From Cyanophora paradoxa CCMP329 (Eukaryota; Plantae; Glaucophyta), in the NCBI GenBank assembly GCA_004431415.1, contig QPMI01000017.1:835310-899309 (forward strand): 64,000 nt of DNA, in the 5' to 3' direction. Both the position numbers and the translations under genes were made by a program. The notes under the pieces are model-generated. The model was not told where the DNA came from and searched no databases. It was given only the letters and a program-made list of their open reading frames with translations. How positions within the stretch are numbered: the stretch's first letter is position 1; each line of letters begins with the position of its first letter. Of this stretch, positions 34,801 to 46,624 are shown piece by piece.

Positions 34801-35714
34801 CCGTACCCCCTCCCGCGCGCATCTGCTCCCACCTGACGCCGGGCAGCTGCTGGGGGTTCCCCCCGGCGAGCTCGTGGGCTCCCTCCTGGAGTACTACTCG
34901 GAGGTGCGTGCGGGGGGCTGTATACCCCCCCCCTCCCCCCCGGACCCTTCCTTAGGGGGGTACGCAGGTGGGGGACGTGCAGGCGTGCGCGACACTTGCG
35001 CTGGTGGCGGCGGGGGCGGGGCACGTCTTTGGGGAGTGGGCCCCGGAGCCCCTGCGCCTCCGCCGCTTCCTCGTCGCCTACGTCCGTGCGCACGTACCCC
35101 CCACGAAACACCCCCGTACCCCTCTCTTAACAACGTACCCCCTGTCAGAGCTGTTGCAACGGCTGGAGGCGTGGAAGGCGGCGCACGAGGTGGTGAGGCA
35201 CTACGGCGCCGCCCTCGCCGCCGCCGCCGGGCCCCGCGGTGCGCTCTTGAGATGCTTGTTTGCCCTTGGAGGAGGTCGAGCTGATCCTTTCCTCGCAGCC
35301 GGGGGCGTGCCGGTGTCGGAGGACGAAATGCCGTGCGCGGAGTGCGGGGCGGCGATGCCCCCTGGGGCCGCCCGCTGCGGCGGCTGCGGGCGCGCCCTCC
35401 AGCTCTGCAGCACCTGGTGTCCGCGCCCCCTCCCACCGTCTCTCTGCCGCTCACGGGGGCGCCCCGCGGCAGCAACGAGCCGGTTCGGGGCCTCTACGTC
35501 TGGTGCCAGGGCTGCCAGCACGGTACCCCGCGCCCCGCCCCAACCACCCGTCCTCAGACCTCACCTGAGGCGTCCGGCAGGGGGCCACCTGCACCACCTG
35601 CAGGAGTGGTTCGCTCGCTCGGGGCTCTGCCCCGCCGGCTGCGGGCACGAGTGCGGCCTGGCGCCCTCCCTCACCTCCCTCGTCTTCCACCAGACCGACC
35701 TCCTCTTCCGCTAG
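31802..35714 (+). CDS. WDR24: GATOR2/SEA complex subunit WDR24 (Sea2): WD40 propeller plus C-terminal zinc finger/RING
   Basis: DHTRTVNRVVWHP, VQTIASVGRLLWRP, LWDVTRGYIP, GDVQ, and the C-terminal PVRGLYVWCQGCxHGGHLHHLQEWF...CPAGCGHEC. Confidence 0.9.
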
Positions 35715-35796
35715 CTTCGCTGGACCGATGCCTGTGTACCCCTGTAGATACGCTCCTTCTTCTTCTTCTTTTTCTTTGATCAGCAGATGGCACGAC

Positions 35797-37678
35797 TCAC
35801 GAGACCGCCGGCCGCGAGCTCGAGAGTCCTTTAGGCATTGCCGCCGTCGCCCGGGCCGCGGAGGAGCGAGAGGCGGCGGCGGGCGCCGCGGGCGGCGGCG
35901 GCCTCGGCGGGGGGCGCGGCGGGCGGGGCCCGCGGGGCGGCGTGCGCGCGGGGCTCAGGCTGTGGAGCACCGCCGCGGCCGCCTCCGTGTCCGCCGGCAC
36001 GGCCCGCGGCGAGCCCGGCGCCCCCGTCCCGCGGCCAGCGCCGCCGGCGGCCCCCGCGGGGCTCGCCGCCCAGAGGGCCCCGGGCGAGGGCAGGTCGACG
36101 GGGAGGTCGAGGAGGAGGGGGGAAGGGGCCGCGGGGGGGAACCAGGCCTCGGGTGGCAGGGGCAGGGCCGCCTGAGCCCACGCCTCCACCCCCCCGGGGC
36201 TCGCCGCCTCCCCCCCGAACGCCGGCGGCGCCTGCGCGGCGAAGGGTGACCGGCCGGTAGCCGGGAGCGCGGGGTACGCCCGCACTGGGGCGCGCGTCGG
36301 GGTGCGCCAGGGGCTGGTGGGCGGGGCACTGCCCATGAAAGAGAGCGTCGGCGGCGGCGGGGGCATGACCTGCCGGCCCCTCAGCTGAGCCGGCCCGGCG
36401 GGGGCGGCAGGAGAGGGGCCTGCCTGCGCGAGCCCAGAGACGGGTATGGGCGAGGGCCACACCGACACCGGGCTGCCGCCCAGAGACCCGGGAGGGGTGG
36501 CCATGGCCGGGCCCGCCGGCGGCGCGGGCGGCGGCGGCGGCGGGGCGGCGCGGGCGTGCGCAGCCGTGCCCGAGCGGTGCTGCCGGTACGGGCGTGGGCG
36601 GAAATGTCGAGCGGAGATAGGAGGGCCGCGCACCGGTACCGGGCGCGCGCTCGGCTCCTCGCCGCCCGACGCGCCGTCCTCCGCTGAGCGCGGGCGCTGC
36701 CGCGCGGTGAGCGGAGCTCGAGCGCGCGGGGCGTCGGGTGGACGGGGCCTGAGCTGCGGCTCGCCTGCGGGTGCGGGGCGGCCCGGGCACGCGTGTCGGC
36801 GACGTCCGCGTGCGCTTGCGCCTGCGCGTCGGCGACGTCTCCGCCCAGGACCGCGCCGACGAAGCGCGAGGCAGGAGACTCGGGCTCGGCCTCCTCCACC
36901 GGCGGCCGGGGAGGGCTCCGGATCCCCTGCTGCTCCGCGGGCGGGCCCGGCCACTCCCCCGGCCACGGCTCCCCTGCCGCGCAACCGGGACGCTCAGGCC
37001 CGGCAGCGCGGCGCCGCTGCCGGCCGCGAGCCCTCGCACCCGAGATCCGGATCAAATCTACGTAGCGCTCGGTGTAGCGCGCGACCCGCCACGCGAAGAC
37101 GTTGAGCGCGTCGCCGCTCTGCCGCCGGCTTTCAGCGCGCTTCCTGAACGTTAACGTCCAAAAGTGGAAGCACTGGGAGGTGCTTCGAGCAGTTGTGCCG
37201 CTGGCGCATCTTCCACAGTGCTCGAAGGCAGACGACCTGAACGTCCTCGTTCGTCTCCGCCACAGCGACGCCGCACTTGCGCAGGAGCTGAAGCGCAGCG
37301 ATCATCCCGCCCGGCCCGCGATGATGCAAGGAGCACGAGTGCGGAACAAGCCCGCGCGGGGCGCGGGAACAACGCGAGGCGCGTGCACTGGCGGTGTTGG
37401 CGCGCAAGCGCGGCGCACCGCAGCATGGGTCTCGATCATGGTTTCAACGTGCTCTTGAAGCTGTGCGCAAGAGGGGGAGACGTCAGCCCGCCTGAAGCGC
37501 AGCGCGCGCGAATTCGAAGGAAGCATACGTCGGCGGTGGAGCGTCTGCTCTTTGCACTGGCGTTGAAACGCCTCGCAACGCGCGTGTAGTCTAAGCCGAC
37601 CTCACGCAGCGCCGCCACGAGCATGTGCATTTCCTCCGCAGTCATCGGTCTCCTCGAAGAGGCCAGCATGTCTGTCAT
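35797..37678 (-). CDS. Hypothetical protein, possible N-terminal SANT/Myb-like helix bundle and long Pro/Ala-rich tail
   Basis: RPMTAEEMHMLVAALREVGLDYTRVARRF...RSTAD resembles a Myb/SANT repeat. Downstream exons are low complexity and the exon structure is uncertain. Confidence 0.4.
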
Positions 37679-38433
37679 CGCACTCGGAGAAGCGCTGAAG
37701 AGGCTGAAGAGGTCAGAAGAGTTCACAGGGGGGTACACGCAGGAGGGAGAGCGGCCGGCGCCGCCGCGGTACGGTCGCGCGCGGCGCCGGCGCGGCGGCG
37801 CCGCGTCCGGCGGGCGGCGCGGCGGCGCCGCGCCGCGGCGGGCGCTTGCAATTGCAATAATTTCGAATTTGATTCAATAACGTATAACGGGGAACTTGAG
37901 CTTTGCTTGTACCCAATTGTTGAGCTCACTTCGTTCGCGACAAGCAGGGAGAGCTGAGAACAAACCAGCGCGCGGCCGCAGCTGAAGCCTGAAGGCGAAA
38001 TCGCTGGAGGCCAGCCCGTGCGGTCGCTCTCCAGCCACCGCTTGAGCCAACCGCCGCTTCGCAGTCCGAGACACGACTTCCGCACCGTGTCACCTCCGAG
38101 AGCCGAGCTCCTGTTCAAGCGATTGCGTAGGCGAATAGTATCCTCGCGCGGCAGCCAGCGCTGAGCGGCCACTCGTGAACACCTACCCGGTACCTCCGCC
38201 GGAAGCTCCCGGATCCGGCCTCAGCTCGCTGTTGTCAACCCCGGCAACCGGGGCCCGGGCAGCCGAACCACGGGCTGCGGAACATCACTAAGTTAAGCTT
38301 AAGCTTTGTACTTCCTCGGCATAGATGGGCGGCGGCGGGTCGCGGCGACCCGGCCAGCTGCAGCTGCGCTGCGTTCAACCTTCGTGACCCACGCTGCGCG
38401 GCTGCCGCCGAGGCAGCCCCGGTGCTTGGAGTG

Positions 38434-41400
38434 ATGGATGCGGATCCCATCGTCGTGCCGGAGCAGCATGGGGTCCCCGCGGGCGCCTACGTGGGCGCCG
38501 CGGCGTGCCCCTTCATGTTGGTTCACGCGATGGCGCGGCGCGGCGGGAAGGAGAAGCGGAACGACGAGGACGACGATGACGACGCCGAGAGCTCTGCGCC
38601 CCGTTCGAGGGCGGTGCGCGGGTCCCACCGTTTCACTCTCCCCTCGCGCGCGCCCAGCCGCCGCAACGCCGCGGCCGCAAAGTTCACGCGCGCGCTCGCA
38701 GAAGGGGGGCACCCGGAACTACGTGGAGGTGGTCATCGGGGCGGGCGCGGCGGAGGCGGTGCCCGGGCAAACACCCGGCGGGCCGGCCCAGCCCGGCCTC
38801 CTAGGCCTGGACTACGCCCTCGTCGTCGCTCGGCGCGCCCGCCCCGCCCCGCCCCCCGCGCTGGGCGCGCCTGAGCGGCTCGGCGCAGGCGGTACCGGCT
38901 GCGTGTGCGGAACGAGGCGGAGGCGCCGCTCTGGGCGGGACGCGGCGTGCTCCTGCGCCTCCTCTTTGCCGGTGCGGGCGCGGGCGCCGGGTCCGAGGGG
39001 CGGCCCTGAGGCGCCCCGGGGCGCGGCAGACGACGGGTCGCCCGTGCCGGGGCTGGACGGGGCGTCGGGGCCCATGCTGCTCTTCCAGACCAGCTCCAAG
39101 ATCGCCATCCCCAGCGAGGCCCGCCCGCCCCCCCCCCCCCCCCCGCGCGCCTCGGGGGTGATCCCCTGGCAGCTGGTCCGCATCGAGTTCGACGAGACGG
39201 GAACGAGCAGCACCTTCGGCGTGGGCGCGCCCGCGCCCACGCTCACCCCCGCTCGCCAGAGGCTGACCGGGGGCCCCGCCCCGCCCCGCCCCGCCCTACC
39301 TCAGGCGCCTCGACGTACCGGCACAAGAACCGGACCTTCCGGCTGGTGATCGAGGCGCCCGACGTGAGCGCCGACGGCCTCCCCGTCGCCCTGCCCGTCG
39401 CCGGCCTCCTCGTCCGCACCGTCACGGTGCGCAGGGGCCCCGCCCCGCCCGGCCAGGCCCGGCCAGGCCCGGGGCCGCCCGGGCCGACGCGGAGGGGCGG
39501 GGGCGGGGCGCAGCACCTGAAGAGCATGCGGGGCGGGGCGACCGGGCGGGGCGTCCTCGGGGGCATCGCCGTCAAGCGCGAGGGCGGCAGCGAGGAGGGC
39601 CCCGCCCCGCCGCCCCGCCCCGCGCTCGGCCCCGCGGCGGCGGCAAGCAGTCTCGCGGGCCGCCGCCCCCGCCGCTGCCCCCGCCCCCGCCGGCGCCGCC
39701 GGAGATGGCGGGCTTACCAGGAGGGGAGCTCCCGCCGCTGCCCGTGCCGCTCCCGGCGAATGCCTTCTTCGAGCTCCGTGCGCGCTCCCCGCCCGCCCGC
39801 CGGACGGCATCGGAGAGCCTCTGAGACGCCCGGTCGCAGGGGGCCTGGGGTCCCCCTCGCAGAGCTCGCACTCGTCGGACTCGCGCAGCCCGCTGCCCCC
39901 CGGGGCAGCCGGCAACGTCGGTGCGGGCACCCCGAGACCCCGCCTCCTTGGCTTCGGCCGACACCGCGCCCCGCCCCGCCCCGCGCAGAGGTGGCGCCGC
40001 TCCCCGCGGGCCCGCCCCACCCCATCACTCACATCTTCGAGTCCATGGTGCGTGCGGGGCCGGAGGGCGGGTGCGGCCCTGCGTCGAAAGGGCGGCGCGG
40101 CTGCAGGTCCGGCTGGTCATCTCGGAGGGCGGCGGGCAGGCCGCCAGCGAGCCGGCCGCGCCGGAGGTGAGCGCTCGGCCTGTGCGCCCGCCCTCCCCTC
40201 TCCTCTAACCGCCGCTTCTGCACCAGCCCTCCGCGAGCGGCGAGCAGGCCGAACCGTGCGTCGGGCCCCGCCTTGCCCCTCTCCGCTTCCCCCTTCCGAC
40301 GCCGCAGCCTTCGCCGCAGGGAGCTCGACATGCCCACCATCCGTGCGCCGCCGCCGCCCGCCGCCCGTCCTCCGCCTTGCGCACGCCACCCAACCCGGCC
40401 CGACGCGCGGACGCGGGGCGGCGCAGGGATGGTCTTCGAGTCACCGCAGACAGAGGCGGAGGCCGGGGCGCCGCTGCCGGCCCCCGAGGAGCCGGGGTTC
40501 CCGGCGCCCTACCGCCACGCCAGCCCCGCCGCGCAGGAGGCCGCCGAGTGGCACCTGGCCGACCTCGCCGCCGCCGTCGCCGCCGCCGCCGCCGCCGCCG
40601 GAGTCGCGCACCCCGTCCCCGCCGAGACCGAGGTCCCCCCCCCCCCCCGCTCGGGATCGCCGCTCCGGTGGCGGGCGCTGAGGCCGGGGCGGGGGCGGGG
40701 CAGCGGGCGCGGCGGGAGGCGCAGTGCCCGGCCTGGGCCACACTACGCTTCGCCTGCTTCCAGCTCGCCCAGGCGCCCCGCCCCGCCCCGCCCCGCCCCG
40801 CCCCGCGTCGCGTCGCGGCCTGACCGGGCGAGGGGGCCAGGCCCTCGCGGCCCCTCCGTCTTCGACACGCTCTTCTTCCGCTCGCACGAAGGTGCCGGCG
40901 CCCGCCCGCGCCGCCCGCTGGGGTGCAGCGGGGCGGGGCCGAAGGGGCGGGCCGGGGGCGGCAGGGCGCTACCGTGCGCGTGTGATGCTGGAGGACGTGC
41001 GCCTCGCGGGGGGCAGCGCCCTCGCGGAGGGTGTCCTCGCGGCCTGGCGCGCCCGCCTCGCCCCGGCGCCCGGCCCCCGGCCCTGGCCCCCCGACTTCCA
41101 CGCCAGGCGCGCCCCTCAGCCCAGCCCAGCCCACGCCCACCCCCCTGAGCCGCCCTCAGGGAGGACGCGGAGCTGTTCGCGGAGCACGCGTGGCACGCCC
41201 TCGATGTCGTCGCCGGCTTCGTGCGCCCGTCCCGCCCGCGGGGCCCGGCCCGCCCGGCCCGCCCGGCCGCCTCTCGCTCCATCCGGAGCGGGATGACGGA
41301 GCAGGAAGCTATTTATTGCATCACTAGCGCTCCAGCTCTAGTACCCGGGGCCTGGATCCCCCCGCTCACCCCGGGGGGCGGCGCGCGCGACAGAACTCGT

Positions 41401-43562
41401 TCATCTCGTGGGACCTGCTGCCCGTCGACCGCGACTACGTCTTCGCGGTGCGAGCGAGGCTGAGCGGCGCGCGGGCGCGGGCGAGGCTGAGAGAAGCGCG
41501 GGCGCGTCGGCAGCTGCTGGAGGGGGCGGAGCGGGCGATCCGGGGCCACGCGGCGCCCGAGGCGGCGGCCGGCTGCCCGCTCCTCTACAGCCGCGCCCTC
41601 GTCCGCCGCGCCCGCGCCCTCGAGCAGGCCCGCCCGCCCCCCCCCCGCCACGCCTCTCGCACGCTCCGCCGCCGCGCCGCCGACGCCGCCGCCGCCGCCC
41701 AGTTTCGGGAGACGGGCGCTGCGACGGAGCTCTACGTGCGGCCGCCCCCGCCCCCGCCTCTGCCTCCCGCTCTCTCTGGCCGGATTGCCCCTCACACCTC
41801 GCTCGCTCGCGTCCTGCGGGGCGCAGTTCCGGGCGTGGACGCTGCTGCAGCGGGCCGGCCACTCGCCCTCGCGCCTCGAGGCGCACCTTCTCCGAGAGCT
41901 CGTCGACATCCTCCGTGCGGCCCGAACCGAAGCGAGGGGGCGGGGTGGCGTGGCGCGAGCTGGGGCGGGGTGGCGTGGCACCGGCCGGGGCCAGACCGAG
42001 AGCAGAGCCGCTGTCGGCGCCGCCGGCTCGTGACGGGCTCTGGCGGGGGCGCAGTGCGGGTACCGGTGGCCTCGAAGCTCGAGATGGCGGCGCGCCTCGC
42101 CCAGCGCATCTACTGGCGTGCCCCGCCCCGCCCCGCCCCGCCCCGCCCCGCCCCGCCCCGGGCCAACCTCGCCTCGACGGGCGCGCCGCGCAGGTTCTGC
42201 GAGACGGAAGACGACCGGTACCAGCACGCCCTCTGCCTCCAGACCCTCGGCGCGCCCCGCCCCGACCCGGCCCGGCCCGCCCCGGCCCCTCGGGCCTCGG
42301 CTGACACATATCCGGGGGGCAGCGCTGGAGCAGCAGATGCGGGGCCAGTACCGGAGCGCGCGGGCGGCGCTGCGGCAGGCGCTGGAGCTGCTGGGGCCGC
42401 TGCCGCCGGGGTACCGCCTGCACGAGCACCGCCTCCACATGGCCCTCGTCGGCACCTCTATGCACCTCCTCGACATCCCCGCCATGATCCGCGTCCGCCC
42501 GCGCCCGCCCGCCGCCGCCCCCTGCTGCGCCCTGCGCCCAGCGCCCAGCGGGGCGCCGGCAGCACGCGCGGGAGACGCTGGCGCGGGCGCGGGCGCTCTG
42601 CACGAGCTGGAACGAGTGCGACGTGACGTACCCCATCGCGGCTCGTGCCGTGCGCCGGCGCCGGCCCGCGCTGTTGGCGGGCGGCCCGCGTTGAAGCGCC
42701 CGTGCAGCTGGCGTTCATCGCGTGCAAGTACAAGCCGGCGGACTGGGTGAAGCCGCCGGACATCGGGAGCGCCATCGCGACGATGCGCTGCTTCGTCTTC
42801 CTCCTCCAGCAGCTCGAGGAGGGCGCCGGGCCCGCCGGCCCCTGCATGCGCGCCCACGCCCTCCACCACCTCGCCCTCATGTGCCCTCTCTCTCTCTCTC
42901 TTCTTCTTCGCTCTTAAGCTCTCTCTCTCTCTCTCTCTTCTTCTTCGCTCTTAAGCTTCGTCCGCCCGGCGCCCTCCCCCTCCTAACCTCCCCCCTCCCA
43001 GGCACCAGTACGTGGGGGAGACGCAGCGCGCCCTCGCGTGCTTCGAGAGGGCCGCCGCGCACTACGCCGAGTACCCCGTGCGCCCACTTCTCCCCCCCCC
43101 CCCCCCCCCCCCCTTCCCCCCTCTCTTCTGCTTCTCGGGGCTCGAGCTCTGACGAGGTCGGCCCGGCCCGGCCCGGCGCCAGGCGTACTTCCCGCCGACG
43201 CTGCCCCGCGTCCGCAAGCTGCACGCGGCGGCCGCCGCCTGCCGCGCCGCCCTCGCGACCGGCGGCAGCGCCGGCACGTCCCCCGCCTGGTCCTGGAGCT
43301 CGCCCCTGCCCCAGGCGAGCCCCGCCCCGCCCCCTTCGATTCGGCCGCGATTCGCCCCTGCCTGCCCGATCCCCGCTTGAACCTGCGGGCAGGCTCCGGG
43401 GGAGCTGGATGGCGAAGGACCGCCCCCGCAGGTGCCCCCGGCGTACGTGTGGCAGGGGCAGCGGGGAGGAGGGACCGCCCCCGTCCCCTCCTGGCTCGCC
43501 TGCTTCGGAATCCGGGGGCGGTAGCGGCCGCCCGCGAGCTCCGCGGCCGGCGCCAGGCCTAG
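38434..43562 (+). CDS. Large multi-exon hypothetical protein with C-terminal TPR-like helices
   Basis: Many short exons between typical introns, e.g. STYRHKNRTFRLVIEAP, GQYRSARAALRQALELL and HQYVGETQRALACFERAAAHY. Boundaries are approximate. Confidence 0.5.
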
Positions 43563-44889
43563 GGCCGGCGCCTGGCTGACCGGGCCTTTCCCGAATCGTA
43601 CCGGACCCGCGATCGCTTGGTCTTTTCTTCGCCCGGTCGCATGGATTCCATGATCGGCCCTCTTTCTCAATTCTCCCGATTCTCTCGCCGATTCGCATCG
43701 ATCATCGGATCTCGCGCTTGGGCCACTGACCCGACGATCGCGAACTAAATATCGACACTTGCATGCATCTTATCTCAGTTCTCGTTTGCGCAGTATTTCA
43801 TTTTCCTCTCAATATTCACGGAGTCAGCTTTTCGCGTCCATTTTAACCCTTTTCAAATTACCATATGCATGAGGATTACATATCTAATTATGGGACCTTT
43901 TTCGCGGTTCTCGGATTAGTTGTCGTTTGGGATTCCGCGATGTATATAGTTTTTGCAAGCACTAGCTATAGTACAGACATCGATCGCGCATGCGCATCAC
44001 TGATGACCCACACTCCCAGAGCCCAGAGCTTCTAGCTTAGCCAAGGAGATTGCCAAGTGAATTTGAAGTGATCCGACGGTCAGAATGGCTGACGCGCCGA
44101 CTGGCAGCGAGTCCCCAGCGACTGCTCCATCCACTGATCATGAGATGTGCGCGCGGTGACATTTGTGCCCGTCCGCGCGGCCGCGGCATGTTTAATTTAA
44201 ATTTGCAGGGCATATGCATGTTCATGATCACGTGCACATCGACTTGATCATGACAATGAATATTAATTTCACGTGCACGCACTGCACGGCGCCACGCACC
44301 AAAAAAAGGCTCAAGCCTCGAGACTCCGGAGGTTTCGAGCTTCCGACTCCAAAGCTCCGAGACTTCCGGATCCGGGTGATTCCGGGATCGAGGTTCAACG
44401 GTTACGGGTGTAACACAGTGTTACTGATTGATAAAACGATTATATCAGTTGAATTCTGTACGTATAAAATGCTTGTTTAATTTATTAATACCAAATTTCA
44501 TAAACGAAAACGAATTTCATCGATATCTGGATCCGGAAGGTGCTCGGGCATGGGTACCGATATCGATTGCAATCTCTTTTTTTCAGACAACTGATCCGAG
44601 TTCAAAGCTTAAGAGCGCGCGCGCTCATGATCATGATCGTGATCATGATCAGCGTGCAGTACGTATACGCGGGCGACGGGATCGGACTGCTCCGACGAAT
44701 TCCTAGCTCGGGCCCGACCCAACGTTTAACTTAGTAACCGCACGTGCACCGGCGCACGGCGCGCGCAGCAACCGCAGCAAGAAAGCAGCAGGCTTTGCGT
44801 GAGCTTCTGGCCCGGCGCGCGAGCGTTGATCTAGATCTCGGCATCCCGAATATCGATATCCGATGTCGGTCCCGGTGGCGCCCGTGTCC

Positions 44890-46104
44890 ATGATGCCCCC
44901 CGTCGCGATCCAGCAGGGCCAGTACTACGCGTGCGTGGTGCGTTCTAGATCTCCCGCCGTCCGGCGGCCCTCGCAACCGCGGCTTCTAGATCTGAAGCCG
45001 ACTCTCCGCTGATCATATCCATGCTTGTCGCGCGCGCCCGCACAGGTCCCGCACAACGTGAGTTCCGAGCATTTTCCCGCGCGCGCGAGATCGACAGCGC
45101 ATCGATATCTAAACACGTCGACGTCGCTGCCGCAGGTCGTCATCCCGCCGTCGCAGTACTCCACTGGACGTGCGCGACTGTTCGCGCGCTTTCCGCGGCC
45201 GCCGATGATGTCGCTCTAAATTTAGTTCTTCACCGCCGCGCAGTGTGCGACTGCCACAAGGACTGGACCATCTGCTTCATCACCTGCGTGTGCGTTTCCG
45301 CTCAACGCGTCTCCTTATAATTACCTTGATCGCCCCGCGGCCGCTCGCCTTCGATCCTTCCGCCGACTTGGGCGTTCCTTCGAATTCGAACTCGAACTCG
45401 CCCCTAATTAATATCCGCTCTCAGCTGCCCCGATATTCAAATCGGCCTAAACGGTGCGCGAACCGAATTCGACCCAAACATCTAAATTTAAACAAGCAAA
45501 GCTGAGACGCTTGGAACGCGGGCCACCAGAGGAGGCGTTCGACGGGGGCTCGTGCTGCGGGACGTGCTGCCTCCACGGGACGATGGACGGCCTCGCCTGG
45601 GGCTCCGGCACCACCGTCATGGGCAGCATGAAGCGCACCAAGTACCGCCGCGCCTACAACCTCGAGGCACGCCCTTTCATTGAGCATCGACCGCGAAATC
45701 ATATGCATACTAGTACTTATCATCGGCACGTCGCGGCCCTGGGGCAGGGCTCCTGCGGCAACAACAGCATCGGCGACTACTGCATCTACTGCTGGTGCCC
45801 GTGCTGGTGCGTGCCACCTCGAAATATTAATAGTGAACTCGATTTTATTTCAAACTCGAATTCCGCGCAGCGCGATCTGCCAGGACGCGCGTGAGATCAA
45901 GGCCCGCGGCGGCATGCCCCGCACCGTCCTCATGCAGGCCGGCATGTCCCCTCCCCCCGGCTGCCAGGTCCGACCCGCTTCGACCACCGCCCGAGCCTGG
46001 GAGCCTTCGATCCCGCTCTCTGCGCCACTGACCATTGCCCATGGGCCCGGGCCCCCTTCGATCAGATGTTCCCGCTTGTGGGCCACGCCCCATCGCTCGG
46101 CTAA
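44890..46104 (+). CDS. PLAC8 family cysteine-rich protein
   Basis: Spliced YSTGxCDCHKDWTICFITC...KRTKYRRAYNLEGSCG...DYCIYCWCPCCAICQDAREIKAR matches the PLAC8 pattern. Confidence 0.85.
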
Positions 46105-46624
46105 GCGAGCTCGACCCCGCAAGACGCCGGCCGCGGCTGAGACCCGCCCGGGCTGCCGGAGTGCTGGAGGCCGCGCCGCCGGCCGCAACTGCAGCTGCAG
46201 CGTACGTCTATAGCTACGTATACTAGGCTAGATATGCCGTTCCGAGCAACTCGGCCTTTCAATTTCGAATTTATATCGATATCAGTATTCGCGATATCGA
46301 TGTACTTTTGCACACGTAACGTGTATTCTAGCTGTAGGCCTACGGTTCAGTGAGAAGCACCGCGGATTCGTGAGAGACTAGGATCCGCCGTAAGAATTAA
46401 TATTAAGTATACGTAATATTCAGCGCCTGAGCTACCGTGCATGGGAGCGCCGCCGCGGCGCTCCAAGCTCGCGACTTTGCGCTGCAGTTATCATTGAGTT
46501 AGCCTGAATTCAATGTACGGATTCGAAAATGTGTATTGTAATGTATTCGTGGGCAGTGTCGACGTCACGAATGTTAAAGGCTGAGATAGAACCGCTGCGC
46601 AAACGCTGCCAGATTTAAACGCGT

